Positions 12,817 to 26,882 of a stretch of 64,000 bases of DNA are shown in pieces. The stretch comes from Adineta vaga (taxonomy: Eukaryota > Animalia > Rotifera), in contig CP075495.1 in NCBI GenBank assembly GCA_021613535.1, positions 14,756,001 through 14,820,000 on the forward strand, written 5' to 3'. The notes under the pieces were generated by a model that was not told the DNA's origin, ran no database searches, and saw nothing but the letters and a program-made list of their open reading frames with translations. A program made the translations under genes and the position numbers. Each line of letters opens with the position of its first letter. Position 1 is the first letter of the stretch.

Positions 12817-13079
12817 TCAGTTTTCAGATTGTTTTAACTTGATCTATCATTTCGTTTTTCAGCAGTTTGTCTTTATTTATGTTTATATCATAAATGATAG
12901 GATCAAGCGCAAGGCAAAAAAAGAAGAAAAACTTTGCGTATATGTGTAATAATAATAAATTTGTTCTCTCGCTATTTCACTTGTGTTGTTTTCTCGTAGA
13001 ATGTAATTGATCTGTACAATGCGAACGACATAAACGACAAGATAAAGTGAGAGAAAATAGAATAAAAAGTGTTCACACG

Positions 13080-16000
13080 TCACGCTTGACGAACAAAGTA
13101 GCGATCAACATTGATTTGCACCTTTTCACGTGTTTCCAACGGCACAGGTTCGAAACAAAACCTAGGGAAAGGAAAGTAGAATTAAAGCAACTAATAAAAT
13201 ATTTCATTGTTATTTACTTTTTAAAATCTTCAATTTCTTTATCTAGTGCATCCATTTCATCTTTATCGTTTTCTTGTGGAATCAATCCAAGATCAATAAA
13301 ATGTTCTTTTAAATAGAAAAGAAAAAAAACGATAGAGAAATAACATTAGTTTACATTGATCAAAAATACCTGAAAATCCATTGGATAACGAATTTGTTTG
13401 TATTGTTGACGGAATAGTCAGACTAGCACCACTATGAAATGGATCATAGAGAGGAAAATCAGTAGGAGTTGCTGATGAGTTAAGTGGTAATTGTTGTTCC
13501 TGAGAATAACTCCATTGAGAATCATGTGTATTCGTTACAGGTGTATCATTCCATGGTGACGTTGAAGTATTAGCAGCATAATTCATCGGAGAATAGAGCG
13601 GAAATGAAATATTATTTGTTGAATAGGAACGTGGTTCTGGTGACGGTCGTTGAATACAACGAGATGTTGTAACGGAGCCAGGTGCAGGTGAAAACGATGA
13701 ACTTGGTCGTTGGACAGGACCAGGTAGAGACGATGGAATGATGGACGATTGAGATGATGGTGGTAAGAGATAAGCATTCGGATCCCAATAGAGAGACGAT
13801 GGTAGACCTTCAGCTAGGGTTGAAGATGATGGTGGAATTGTGGATGAACCATCAAAAGTAGTTGGAGTTACAAGCGAAGAAGGAGATGATGGCACTGGTG
13901 GTTGAATAGATTGATAGGATGAATTCGTAGGATGAAGTGTTGATGATGATGATGATGATGATGAAACGAAGGATGTAGCTGGTTGTGTTGCTAAATAGAA
14001 AAAGATATATGAGGTTGATGTGCATAAATGATTTCATTTTTTTGTACTGTAGTCTAGAGAATGTTCTTGAATATGATTATTTGCCCAAAGATTCAATGGT
14101 GGTTGAATCATTGACGGCGATGGTTCAATCTTAGGTGATGGATGCGATGACTGAATTTTCGATACATTATTGGAACGTGATGAAGGTATTGTTGTTTGTT
14201 GTTTATTAGTAGCAGATGCTGATGTTTCTGATGGAACAGTCGATGATGTTACGGTTGGTGGTATAGGTTTTTGTTGAACATGAGATAGACCATTCACAGA
14301 TGGAGCTGTTTTCTTTGTATGAGTTGGTGTCGGTTGTTGCTGTTGTGATGATCGATTTTGCTTTGTGTTCGTTGGTGCAACAACAGGTGGAATAGGTGCA
14401 GCTAATAGTGATGGTACAGATGCTGATGATGGCTTATGTTTACTTTGTTTTCGTGAAATTGTTATCCAATTGACTTCCTCTTCTTGTGTATCAAAATTCT
14501 CACATGGAAGATCAACACTATTTCGAGTTGATTTAGTTTCCTGAGATGAAGTTGACGAAGAACAAACGGGAGGAAGTGTCAAAGGAGTTGTAGTAGCGAT
14601 AGTATGGGAAGTAGATGATGACTGTTTTGTATTTTCATCTTGTTGCTTTTGTTGTTGTTCAAGTTTTAATTTTGCTTTTTGTTTTCGTTTCGATAAAGGT
14701 TGTTGAGTTTCTACAGCAGATATTGATGTTGCTTTCGATGATGACGACGACGAAGCACTACGAGATGGTTGTTGAGAAGAACTATGAATGAAAATGATTT
14801 TCATACAAACTATTCGAAAAGAAAAACTTACGTTGATTGTTGAGTAATATTAGATCCATTTTGTTTTTTCGGATTTATTTGTTGTTGTTCTTTATTAATT
14901 GTTATCACTTCTTCCGTATGATTGGCTTTTGTTTGTTTATCTTTCTTCTTTTTATTCTTTTTAGATGTTGATTCTTGTGTTGTTGATGATGATGCAGTCG
15001 TTGTTGTTTGTGATTGAATTTCACTATTATTATTTATTGAAGAAGATTCATTTCCATCAATAAATCGAACTAAATCATCAATATCATTTTTATCATTCAG
15101 AAGACATTCTTTTGTTTTTGTATTAGTTGGTACGAATTGTTTTTTATTATTTGCTACTACTGCTGCTGCTGTTGTTGGTATTGTCGATGGTGGTTTTTTC
15201 TGCTGTTGATCTTTTGCTATAGTTTGTTGTTCAGTTAAGTTCTGTACAGTTCTTTTCGTTAATTTCAATTTCAAACGTTCTTTCATTTCTACATCACGTT
15301 GATTAAAAGCTCCTGTAATTGTTGTACCCATCACTGATGTTGTCGTTGTTGTTGTACTACCTGGTAATGCCATACATGTTACACAACTAGTAATTGGTCC
15401 ATTGGTTAAATTGGATGTTGATGATAGATGAAGACATGCAGATGATGATGATGAAGAGGATGCCGATGAACAAGTTCGTCCTTCGGAAAATTCACAACAA
15501 CAGAAATCACAATGTTTATTATTATTATTATTATTGGGCAGATTTCGTTTTTGAAAATGATGATGATGATGTTGTTGCTGCTGTTGTTGAGCAAGAAAAT
15601 TTTGTAAAGCTTCACTTGTCTTTGATGGTAATAAATGTTTAGCAGCAGCTGCTGCAGCTGCTGTTGAGGATGAATCCAGACAAGTCTGAGAATGAAATGA
15701 TGATAAAATTGAATGTAATGCTGCTTCAGATACATCTGTATTCGAAGAAGCATTTCGAAGTAGACGATCTAAATCATTATAAGCAGTTGATGATGACGAT
15801 GCTGTTGCTGGTGATGAATCAGATTTATTGGTTGAATTTAAAAATGAATGAGTATTATTTGTAGAATCTAAATAGAATGATTTATTTGATATGAAATGGA
15901 AAAGAATAAATGCGAACTTAATAATGTTTCATTCATTGTTGAACGTTGTTGTTTTGTTTTTTTAAATTGTTGATTCTCTTTTTTCCTTCCACTATTTAAA

Positions 16001-18543
16001 CATTCTCCATTTCCTAAACTTGTTAATTCATTGAAAAGTGCTTCGGCTATCTTCTGTCCACCATGTTCAGTTGTTTTTGAGCCTGGTTTACGAGTTAAAT
16101 TGATACTCAATCGTGTTTGACCTGTTGATGTTGTCGTTTTAGCTGCTGTTAATGTTGTTGTTGAACAATTCGATGATGAAGATGATGAAGATGTCGAATG
16201 ATAACATTCATTCGAATTTGTTGATGTTATTGAACCAAATGTACCAGCAGTAAATGAAACAGATTGAATTTTTGCCGAAAGATCAGCGATTGAATGTGGA
16301 AGAATTAAGTCAGCTGCAATGGACTTTTTTGGAAGTTGAGATGACGTAGTACCTGTTGGATTAGGTTGAGACGCAACTTGTTCTTTTCGACGATGAGATG
16401 TTTTGTTGGATTTCGATTTACTTGAAGAAGATTTCTTTGAAGATGAATCAGTAGAAACACGAACTAAAGTAATGATTTGATTATGATTCTAGTTTGATCT
16501 GATGAAAAAATTCTTACCATTCGACGGATCTTCTGTTGTTGTTGTAGAATGATCATTATTTTTCGTTAAATTATCAGTTGTAACTGTTGATTTTTCTTCT
16601 CGTTCACGTGCTGATTGAATTCCTTGAATAATTTCTTCGAACCATTTTCCATTATCAATTGTTGTAGTTGTTGTTAATGAATTATTTGATTTATCATTAA
16701 ATCTTGATTGTAAAACGTCATGATGCATTCTTGCTATCGGTGAAACTCGATCTAATAAACCTTCGAATAATAATTCATTTAAATCTTCTTCAGTAAATAG
16801 ACTATCTAAGAATTCTCGTTCTTCTTCAGTATAACCCGATGATGATGGTTCATGATCGAGTAAATAATCATCAACAGATGAAACAGATGACGATTCATCT
16901 CCACCAATGCCAGAACCTATTGATGAACCATTTGAACCTTGTTCAGGTGCTGTTGGTGTTGATAATGAACTATTCGATGTTGGAATATCGACAGCTGTTG
17001 TTGATGAACTAAATACATATGATTAAAATTGACATATTTGAAAGATGGATGGATGGATGAATACTAACTTAGTTGTATTTTCTTCATTTGAAGTTTGTAA
17101 TTGTTTATTCTTCTTACATTTCTTCTTTCTTTTCGTTTTCTTCTCTTTTTCATTTTGATGACCATTCGAAATTGAATTCTCTGATGATATAGATCTTGTT
17201 TTCGCTTGTGAATCTTTATATAAACATGCAATTTCCGACATTTCTTCATCAAATGCAAGAAATCGATTTAATAATTGTGTATATTCAGCTGGTGAATAAT
17301 CAACATTATCATCTTCATCATTCGATGGTTGTAATAAATCAATCATTGTTGACATTGAATGTTGAATTTTTCTATCCATATAGATTAATTTTTCATATAA
17401 ATGTTTATTGTACAATAACCAAGTTAAATGAAGTGATTTCATATAGTGTTCTTCCTTAAAAAGAAACATCGATTTTTCTTTTAAATGAAATAGAAATTTC
17501 AATTCAATACGAACAAGATACGAAACAATCGATGAAACATTGGTTGCTGCTTGAATAAAGATTTGATATTCATCCAAAAGAAATGAGATAAATAATTGTA
17601 CATCATGGGATGTTTTTGAACACGAATGAAAACGTTCTAAAACTTGATTTCGAATTTCTCGAACGTAATCAAAAACGATGGTTTCAAGTTTAGTAAATAA
17701 CGATTGAGCATTCACATCTGTTAATCTATAAAAGAATTCGAATAATTTTCATAATCTCATTTCAAACTATTATATACTTATTCACATAATCTTTTGCTTT
17801 ACAAATTTCGTCCGAAAAATGATTTTCTAAAAAAAAGAAAACAAATCGAAATGAATGAGAACGATGAAAAAAATTTTACCTGAAAAATCTTTGTCTGTTG
17901 CACGATAAACACATTTAATAATATGAGATAGTTCATCCCAATATTGACGATAATTCATATCATGTTCATCATCTGTACATGATTGACACCAATATTCATC
18001 ATCTGAACTTGTATCCGGTACAATTATCATTCGATCAGATTCTCCTTCTAATTCCTAAAATTAATTTCAACAATTATTTCAATATTAATTCAATAAAATT
18101 CATCGTACTTGAGAGGTTACAGTTGAACTACTAGTTGTTTCTTTTTCTTCTAATCGAATCTTTGCTTCACAATCCGGACATGTATACAATGGAAGCTACA
18201 ATAAAGAGAAAATTGTTAGAAAATTTAAAATGATCAAATATTCTTACCTTTGAAATTGGATTAAATGTTTTTTCATTTGTTTCTATGAAGAACAACAAAA
18301 GAAAATGAAATTCATTTGTTTATTTTCATATTTTAATCTTACCGATTTCTTTCTTTAAATTATTATTTTCATCATTAACATTTGGATTTGGTGCATGACA
18401 AAGAAAACACTTTAAACGTAATAAATATGGATTAGGAACCGATGCGGTCTAAAAGAATTGTCAAATATATTTTTAAAAAAAAGAACTTTTTTTTTCTTAA
18501 TCAAATAAACTACTTGTGGTTTTTGCTGTTCTTGTGTTTCCAT
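13080..18543 (-). CDS. FAM193A: FAM193-family protein (multi-exon)
   Basis: YWDELSHIIKCVY, FISFLLDEY, LTWLLYNKHLYE, ERLKLKLTKR, DIDDLVRFIDG and the spliced C-terminus EMDALDKEIEDFK|KFCFEPVPLETREKVQINV match FAM193 conserved blocks. A versus B paralogue cannot be resolved. Confidence 0.8.
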
Positions 18544-19259
18544 TACGAATGAAGATATAGATAATAAAATAAAACTAATGCTACAACAGAAACTCTAGAA
18601 AAGAAAGTCAATGAGTAGAATGTGATTTTTTTCGTCTTGTATCGAAAGACTTTTGTTTTATTTGATATTTTATGTTCAGAAGAAGTCACGCATGTATATA
18701 TGTATATACAAATGAGAACAGTGCAAACCATAAATGTGACAGCATGGCCACCATTGATCAATTTTGACAGATGGCTTTTTTTTTTAAATGATTATCAAAA
18801 AGTAAATCTCGATCAAATATTCAAGGTTTTTGATTTTAATGATTCACTCAAGGAAAAAAAGATTAAGATATAATAGATTATCGAGGCTGAGTACGAATTT
18901 TTCATTGGTAAAAATAATTAACCAATAGAAAACAAGGTTGGATATTACTTGTTTTTTACATATAAGATTCGTACGTATTATTAAAACAGATGATTGATAG
19001 TCTATTCATTCATAGACATTTGAATGTTTATAATCGAAAATATTTCATTCAATAAAATTGACAAGTTTCTTCAGTAGGAATATGTCAATAGAATGATGCT
19101 AAGGTCAATTTTTGATATAGTTAATTTTCCTTGTTGATATCGAAGTGAAGGTAAACATAAAGGAAAAAAATTGTTACGTTTTTTTTTATTACTTTTAGAT
19201 AAAGAAAAAAAAAGAAGTTCTTTTTTATCATGAAAATGTAGTTGCCAATTTGAAGACGA

Positions 19260-21730
19260 ATGTCCAATAGTTATTTGTTGTTCTTCTTTCTTCTTGCGAT
19301 ATCAAATGGTGATCAATGTAGAATAAACAATCGAACTGAGTAAAAATTTGTTTTCAAAGAAGAAAAAAAGAAGATGAATTTAATTTTTCTGCTTTTTAGT
19401 TCTTTTCAATCGAAATCAGGTCAATGCATATCTTGTTTATCTCATTGTAATTATCAAACCAATGTATGTTTATATGTTAATCAATTACGTCGTATTTGTT
19501 CATCGATTTATCTTGCTCGAAATATTCGAGAATGTCAACAGCGTTTGACACCTGATATTGTTCATTCGTTTTTACTTTCAAATCAATCGAATATTATTGA
19601 TGATAATAAAGACAATGATGAACCGGTATGAAAGATTTTCTTAATTAAATGCTAAAAATTCTTATCTTATCTTGAGAAGAATGTGAAAATTTAACTAAAC
19701 AATGATTGACTCATTTCCGGAGATTATAAAAGAGGGGGAGGGGGTGGGAAATATGTTTCCGATCAATTGAATGATAAAACCTTGAAATTTTTGTATAGGT
19801 GTGTTTATTTTGTGGAAATTTAACCCGTGGTCTTCGATGTGAATCTTGTCGTCAGCGACCTAATGGCAAACAACTTTCACATTTGATTGAATTAAAAACG
19901 CCAACATCAACTTGTTTTGAATGTTCATGTTCTGGACAAACTTATGATTGTCGAACGAACAGTAAGTTCTAAAGATGAAAAAGCTCTTCTATAATTCGAA
20001 TTTATTTTTTCTTGTAAAGTTACAGATGGATGTTGGTGTCTTTCACATTTATTGGATGCAAATTTAATCGATTTGAATCTTCATCAGTGTCTTTCAAATC
20101 GTAGTTATGTCAATGATCAAAACCAAGGTCAATGTCGTTCAAGAATTCATCAACAATGCAACACTTGTAAACGCGGTTATAGTGGTGTTATATCAGAACG
20201 TGGTCATCGATGTTACAAGTTTGTTCTTTTTTCTTTCTTCTTTTTTTTTAAACAAATATAATATATGTTCATTTCTTCGCTTTCTTTTCTTTCAATAGAT
20301 TATTATCAACTGATACACTTCAATGTTTTGAATATGCAACTTCTTTAAAATCATGTTTGAATGGCAATGAAATTATTCGAAGTGAAGATAATGGAACAAT
20401 TTTATTTGAAATAACTCCCAGTTATCGAAATCTTAATATTCGGTAAGAAAGAAGAAGATTTGTTTTTTTCTTGAAGAACAAAACTAACTATTTTTTCTTC
20501 TAGAGTATTAATTGGTATTGATAATGGTTTTGTTGATGTGATTTGTTCATCTCGTAATGCGAATTTTCTTGTATTAAATGATCATCGTGTGTATTATGAA
20601 CATCAATCATTAACTGATATAGAACCAGTTATTCGAGATTATGATTTAACATATGAAGATTTAAATTTTGGTAAAGATTATTTTCATTTCGTTATCATTA
20701 ACAAATATCGTTCATTCTTTTAGGAATTCTCTATTCTGATCCATCCGATATCGTTATTCTACGAAATTTATCTTCACGTCATCGTTTAACATTATTAATA
20801 TCTCCAACAAATATTGATTTTACTCAAGATAATCTTCGTTGTTTATTAGTTGATCAACCTTTATCCCGCATTCGTTTATCTGATCTAATTGAACCATCAT
20901 CCCAATCAATTGCATTTTCACTCTCTGATTATCGAGCAATTCATCTAACGACAGGTTCATCCTATTCTTCATTGAAAACGAATGGTTTTATTAAAATTTA
21001 TCAATCAAGAATGAATATTGATTTATTCGTTTTCTTCAGTGTTTTCTTTTCTTCATTTTTCCTTTTTCTTTCCATTGGAATTTGTTTTTGGAAAGTTAAG
21101 TTCGCCTATGAAATTCATCGACGACGACGAACACTTAAACATGAATATCATAAACGTATGGCAAGACCATTTGCAAAAATTCAATTATTTATCAAACCAT
21201 CCACAATCAATGAAAATGATGAAGAAAATTTTCAACAGGTTTGCTTTGAACAACTTGTTTGTTTTTGTTATTTGGAGAAAATCTTCTTCTTCTTCTTCTT
21301 TTTTGTTTAGTTACCATCGCCAGTTGCTTCATCATCTGTTGATATTCCATTACTTCTTCCATCCACACGTACAGATATTGATTATTCATCACATGTCGTA
21401 TCTGTCGAACCATTACGTGATCAAAATCATTGTTATACAACATTATTTTTTCATTTACCTGGAGATCTTTCAACTCAATATCGTCTTTGTGCTGGTACAA
21501 CACTAACACAATTACCAACGGATTATTCAAACGCACTTTCAAACGCACGACTGGAAGCTGAATTACAAAAACGTAATCGAAGACGAAAGAAATTCAATGG
21601 ACAGAATGGTCATACACCAAAAGTAGTTGTTAAAAAGACAACGGCAAATGTTCGTCAACAGCAACAACGTCGAAGAAAACAACAAGATCGTCAACAACAG
21701 CAACAGCCAAGAACAACAGTTGAACCCTAA
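19260..21730 (+). CDS. Short MEGF8/attractin-like type I membrane protein (multi-exon)
   Basis: Signal peptide, Cys-rich PSI/laminin-EGF-like exons, then IDLFVFFSVFFSSFFLFLSIGICFWKVK...RMARPFAKIQL and VEPLRD...TTLFFHLPG...LCAGTTL, matching the MEGF8 TM and cytoplasmic region. Confidence 0.8.
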
Positions 21731-22152
21731 GAAACTCGTTTTAGAGTCAGATCAATGCGCGTGTTTGTAGTCTCACTTATTTTATTTTATCTTATTTTGT
21801 ATATTAAATTCTACTGCAATCAGGCATTTTAGAACTGTCATTCGAAGAAAAAAAAGTATTTGTAAGAGTGCTGCGTATTTTAGATTAAAATTTCATTTCA
21901 TTAAACAATGAATAAATTCATCGAAGAAGTACCATTTTGATAAATAATCAGGTAAATCTTGTTTTTTTCTTCTCATATCTAATCATAAACAAATGTATTT
22001 TTTAGAATGGAATATAAATGATTTCTCTTCGATAATATGTGATTGAATGTTTAACAAATGTAGAAGTGAAATATCTCTCGAAGAACCCCATTGAATCGAT
22101 TGTTCTTACTTCTTTGAAATAAAAATCTTGATTTTGTTTTAGATAGTATAGC

Positions 22153-22548
22153 ATGTCTACAGTTGAAGGTGATGAGAATGAAACATCTGGAGATGCTTCA
22201 AATCCTTCAGTTGATAAAGAAGAAAAGGAAACTGGTTCAATACGTAATGATATAAGTAAAGATTCCGAAGGTGGCTCGAAAGTTGTATTTCTTCTTAAAG
22301 CAGCTGGTGGTGCACCAATTCTAAAGAAGAAAAAATGGGCATTACCAAGATCAAGAACGATGGGTCATATTGTGGAATTCTTAAAGAAATATATGCAACT
22401 TGATGCTCAACAACAACAACAAGTATTTCTCTATGTCAATCAATCATTTACACCAGCACTCGATACAACTATTGGATCAGTAAATGATTGTTTCAGCAGT
22501 GAAGGAACACTTGTTCTACATTATTCATTAACCCAAGCATGGGGATAA
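22153..22548 (+). CDS. ATG12: Ubiquitin-like autophagy protein ATG12
   Basis: KVVFLLKAAGGAPILKKKKW, LYVNQSFTP, C-terminal LHYSLTQAWG. Confidence 0.96.
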   Translation: MSTVEGDENETSGDASNPSVDKEEKETGSIRNDISKDSEGGSKVVFLLKAAGGAPILKKKKWALPRSRTMGHIVEFLKKYMQLDAQQQQQVFLYVNQSFTPALDTTIGSVNDCFSSEGTLVLHYSLTQAWG

Positions 22549-22667
22549 AATCAAGAAATATTTCTATGTATCTTTTTTTTTTAAATGTACAGAAACAAAA
22601 CATAAAAAATAAACAAGATGATTCCTTATTAAACGGTGAATTAATTAGTCATTTGTAATTCATATCT

Positions 22668-23578
22668 ATGTCTTATAGATTCATGTTCTTTCGTTTTCTT
22701 GGAAAAACTCTTCTTAAAAAAAGAATACAGATCATTCCAATTTGTTTTATGTCTTCATCATCATCGTCATCTAATGAAATCTTAACGAATGAACTTATTC
22801 GACAACGCTTAACTCCTTATTTGGATAAAACTCCGAGTTATGTGGATGAGTTATCTGAACAAGTGCCCAGATTGAAACGATCACGTCGTGCATCTGTTCT
22901 TGTTCCACTTTATTGCAATAGAGAAACAAATCGTATTGAAGTTCTTCTTATAAAACGTTCCGAAAAAATGCGTTCACATACTGGAATGGTTGGTTAGTAT
23001 TATTTTTTAAGATAATCCTGACTTGAGTTTAAATCTTTCTTTTTCAGCTTTTCCCGGTGGAATGTCTGATCCAACTGATCATGATGTTATTCATACAGCA
23101 CAACGTGAAGCTTTTGAAGAAACTGGTCTTCAATCACATCAATATTCAATCGTTGGTTCTCTTCTTCCATTGACAGATTCTCGTCTTGTTGTTATTACAC
23201 CTGTTGTTGCTTTATTACATTCACCGAAATTTACAGATTTTCGTCTCAACCGATGAAGCAACCGATGCATTCTATGTCGATTTAGAACAATTTCTTAGTG
23301 CAAATGAACATTACAAAATGTTAGAAGTTGGCGATGATTTTGTTACACATCATTTTACTGTGGATAAATATGATGTATGGGGTATAACAGCATATGCTTT
23401 AATTTTAGTTTCCACATTAGTTCATCAACGCATACCACAATTTCCTGTCTTTCGTCATGAACAATATCTTGATTTACAACAGATTACAAAACAGCAAAAA
23501 GATTTTTTTCGTTTATGTGTTGATCTTCGATATCGAAGCAAAACTAAAGAGAATAATAAAGAAAAAAGTCGTTTATAA
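22668..23578 (+). CDS. CoA diphosphatase, NUDT7/NUDT8-like; apparent frameshift at ~23250
   Basis: ASVLVPL, LLIKRSEKMRSHTGMV|AFPGG, Nudix box AQREAFEETGL, VWGITA. One intron at ~22994-23047. Confidence 0.85.
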
Positions 23579-24657
23579 AGGAATTAGCTATTTTTACTTG
23601 ACGTCTTTCTTTTTATAGTTATTTTATTAAAAGATGAATGATAAAATTTCAAACAGATAAAGTTTTGCAAAGTAATATTACAATGTTGATATGATAAAGT
23701 AGTAGACGTCGACAGATGATTAATCTCATAAAATCACTACAAAAGCAGAACATCAACTCTTACGCTCACTTATTCAGCACTCTTTTGAGATAATGAAGAG
23801 ATTTTGTCAAAGTTGTAATATGTCATCGAAGAGTCATATGAGAAATTTGTTAATGTTGTAAAAATCAAATTTAATTCATGAAGATTAACTTGTAACAATT
23901 GTTGTTTATTAATTTAATATCGAATTCAATGCTATCATTTGTTCTATTTCCAAGTAAATGAATAGGTATTTGTAATAGAACTTTGTTGTGTAAGAAACTC
24001 TATTATTGATATTATCAATTTCTGGAAAGTTTATACTCACAAAAGACACTAGTAAACCATAACCACGAATAATATTATGTTGTAATAATTCAACGGCTAT
24101 AATTCGTGAATTTGATCTATTAATTTCTTATCCAAAGCATTCCAATACATATTTTGATATTTACAAGTGTTTTTACGCATTAGAGATAACTAAAAGAAAT
24201 ATGTAAATATTTTAAAACTATCAGAGATGAAAGAGGTTATTCTCTAGTCTCATTGACAAGCTATGTCTTTGGTGTGATTGATCATAGATTTAAAAAGATA
24301 TAAACTTTATTTATTTTTCGGTGTGATTTAGGTCAAAGAGAGAATGAATACAATAGTTGCCGTCAATTGACGCTAACAATCATTTGGAAAAACAAATATT
24401 ATTTCTCATATTTTATCTGCAAATATGATTGTGAGATAAATTAATAAGTATTTAAACGCATTTGAGATTACGAAAACATGATTTGATTTTTTTCATAGAC
24501 AGTTATTCATAGTACTGTTTTTCGTAAAGATGAATGTAGATGTAGATAAACAAAAAATCCACACCCTCAAAGCAACTGTACATATATGAAATTGATATGT
24601 ATTTAATCTATTAATCATTTTCTATGAAAACAAAATTTTACAAACAAAGAAAGATTC

Positions 24658-25828
24658 TTAGGATTCTAATTGGCTTGCTCGATTAGTTGCTGCTGTCACT
24701 GTTTCCATCAAAGCTCCTCGTATACCAGCTTTTTCCATTATTTCAAGTCCGTAGATTGTTGTACCACCTGTAAAAAAGATACATATTCATTGATCCAATT
24801 AAATCAAATCAATTCTTCGTACCTGGACTAGCAACTGCATCTTTCAATTGACTTGGATGAAATGATTGTTTTTTATCAAGTAAAAGTTGTGCTGTACCCA
24901 TCATTGTTTTTATAGCTAATGTCAATGCCATTGTTCGACTTAAACCAGCTTTTACTGCTCCATCAGCCAGTGCTTCAACAAAAACAGAGAACTAAATCTT
25001 TTTCCTTATGGATTAAATGTTTTCATCGACTACCATCAACTTACATAAGCTGGTCCACTACCGCTTAAAGCAGTGACAACATTAAGTAAGTTTTCATCAA
25101 TTTCACCTTCACATGAACCAATCGATGAAAATATTTTATTTACTAAAGATCGATCATCTACATTTCCAAACGAATTATAACATGAGTAAAAAAGATTTTT
25201 GTTTCCTATTTACCTGTCGTTGAAGATTGTCCTGGAGAATAAACGCTGCAACTCGCGTTAACTAAACAAGCAACATTAGGCATGACACGTATAACTCGAC
25301 TTTTTGGTTTAAGTATCTAGAAGAAAAAAAAGACGTTCTTTTTGGTTCTAATAAATTTCTCTGGATAGACAAACTTGTTCAATCGATGTCGTTCGAATAC
25401 CAGCAGCAATGGAAACAAGTAGATGCTTTTGTGAATTTAATGATTCTCGAATATTTTTTAAAACATTTTCAACATCTTTTGGTTTAACAGCTAATATAAG
25501 AAGATCGCTTTTATTTACAACTTGTCGATTATCATCTGTCGTACTGATACCGAATTGAGACTATGCAAAGAGAATATTCATTTTTTGAAACGATTCTTAA
25601 AAAAGAAACGAACTGTCACTATTCGTCGTTGATTTTCATCAACATCACTTGCAATTATTTGATCTTTTGATGAAACAACATTTCGCTCAATTAAACTTCG
25701 AACTAATGCTTGAGACATTCGACCAGCACCAAGAAATCCAATTTTTAAATTCGCTAACACTAAAATTTCATACTAGTTAATTTCTTACCATTAAATCAAT
25801 AGTTCTCATACGTACTTTTACCTGCCAT
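24658..25828 (-). CDS. PYCR: Pyrroline-5-carboxylate reductase (multi-exon)
   Basis: [54 protein letters not shown]|GGTTI. Confidence 0.95.
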
Positions 25829-26034
25829 TGAAAAAAAAATGAAAAGAAAAACAAACAGGACGTATCTGTCATATATGTATGTACATACGGACGTCTTATC
25901 ATTACTCTTTTCAACTTTGATATCGATTAGATAAACCTTTTTTTTCGTTACATTACGACATGAAACCAAAGAGATAAACTTTTAAACATTTTAGTCATAG
26001 AAAAGAAACGTATGATGGTAAATTCTTTTTATCT

Positions 26035-26516
26035 TCATGATGTTTGTGAAACATCACTTGCTCCTGTCATTTCACTTTCAGCATGGCTGATTGTACTATT
26101 TAATGGTTGCATTGTTTGAACTTTTATACCAGATGATTTTTCATGAGATTTTAATTCATTTGATTCTTGACAAATACCACATGGAGAAAGTAAACAAGCT
26201 GCAATACAATCATTTGGTTCTTCTTGAAGATTGTATTTTTCACGAATTTTAGCACGTATTGGCATATGGACAACACCACATAAGTAACAAGGCATTAATA
26301 GAAAATATCCACAACAGTATCCCCAACATGAATTATTAGTTACATCAGCGGCATTATAACCAAACATACAGCTAGTACAGAAAGTAACTGCACAGCACGT
26401 TTTTGGCGAAGCACATACACCGAAAAATGATCCTATGAAGAGGTGTAGAAATGAAACTATAACAAATAGTATTGAGAATTACCATGCCATGGTTCTTTTT
26501 GAAAACTGTTCAGCAT
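26035..26516 (-). CDS. PLAC8/cornifelin-family Cys-rich protein (two exons)
   Basis: PWH|GSFFGVC, CCAVTFCTSCMFG, RAKIREKYNL, DCIAACLLSPCGICQESNEL. Confidence 0.88.
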
Positions 26517-26882
26517 AATGATTTATTTGTGAATTTGAGACAATGAGTAATATAACCAAGCGCCTTTATCACTTTTAACTAAACAAAACAATATAGGCGC
26601 TGAACAATGACTATGGTCAATCAGTCCAGTTTTGATATCTATATCTCAATAGATTTACCATCGATATTGTATTTCGTGTTCTCTCTACTACTGTTACGAT
26701 CGTAAAGAAGGGTATAAGTGTCAGTTAAGGATTAAAGAATTTTCTACACTCTCACACTTGGTCACTCCAGATACTCTTTCTTGCTTTTCAAAATATTGAA
26801 TACAGCACTCTTAGATATTTTCTCGATATACATTTTAGCTGTTTCTAATCAATTTATTATGAAATGAATCGACATCGGTTGA

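Noticed and set aside
13900-16200. GAT/GTT/GCT trinucleotide runs and antisense ORFs
   Set aside because: These are low-complexity Ser/Thr/Gln coding sequence of FAM193; the opposite-strand ORFs are shadows.
19732-19748. G-rich tract as a G-quadruplex
   Set aside because: Only three G-runs, intronic, no other support.
23600-24600. Possible gene remnant between NUDT and PYCR
   Set aside because: Only short stop-interrupted frames with no identifiable family.
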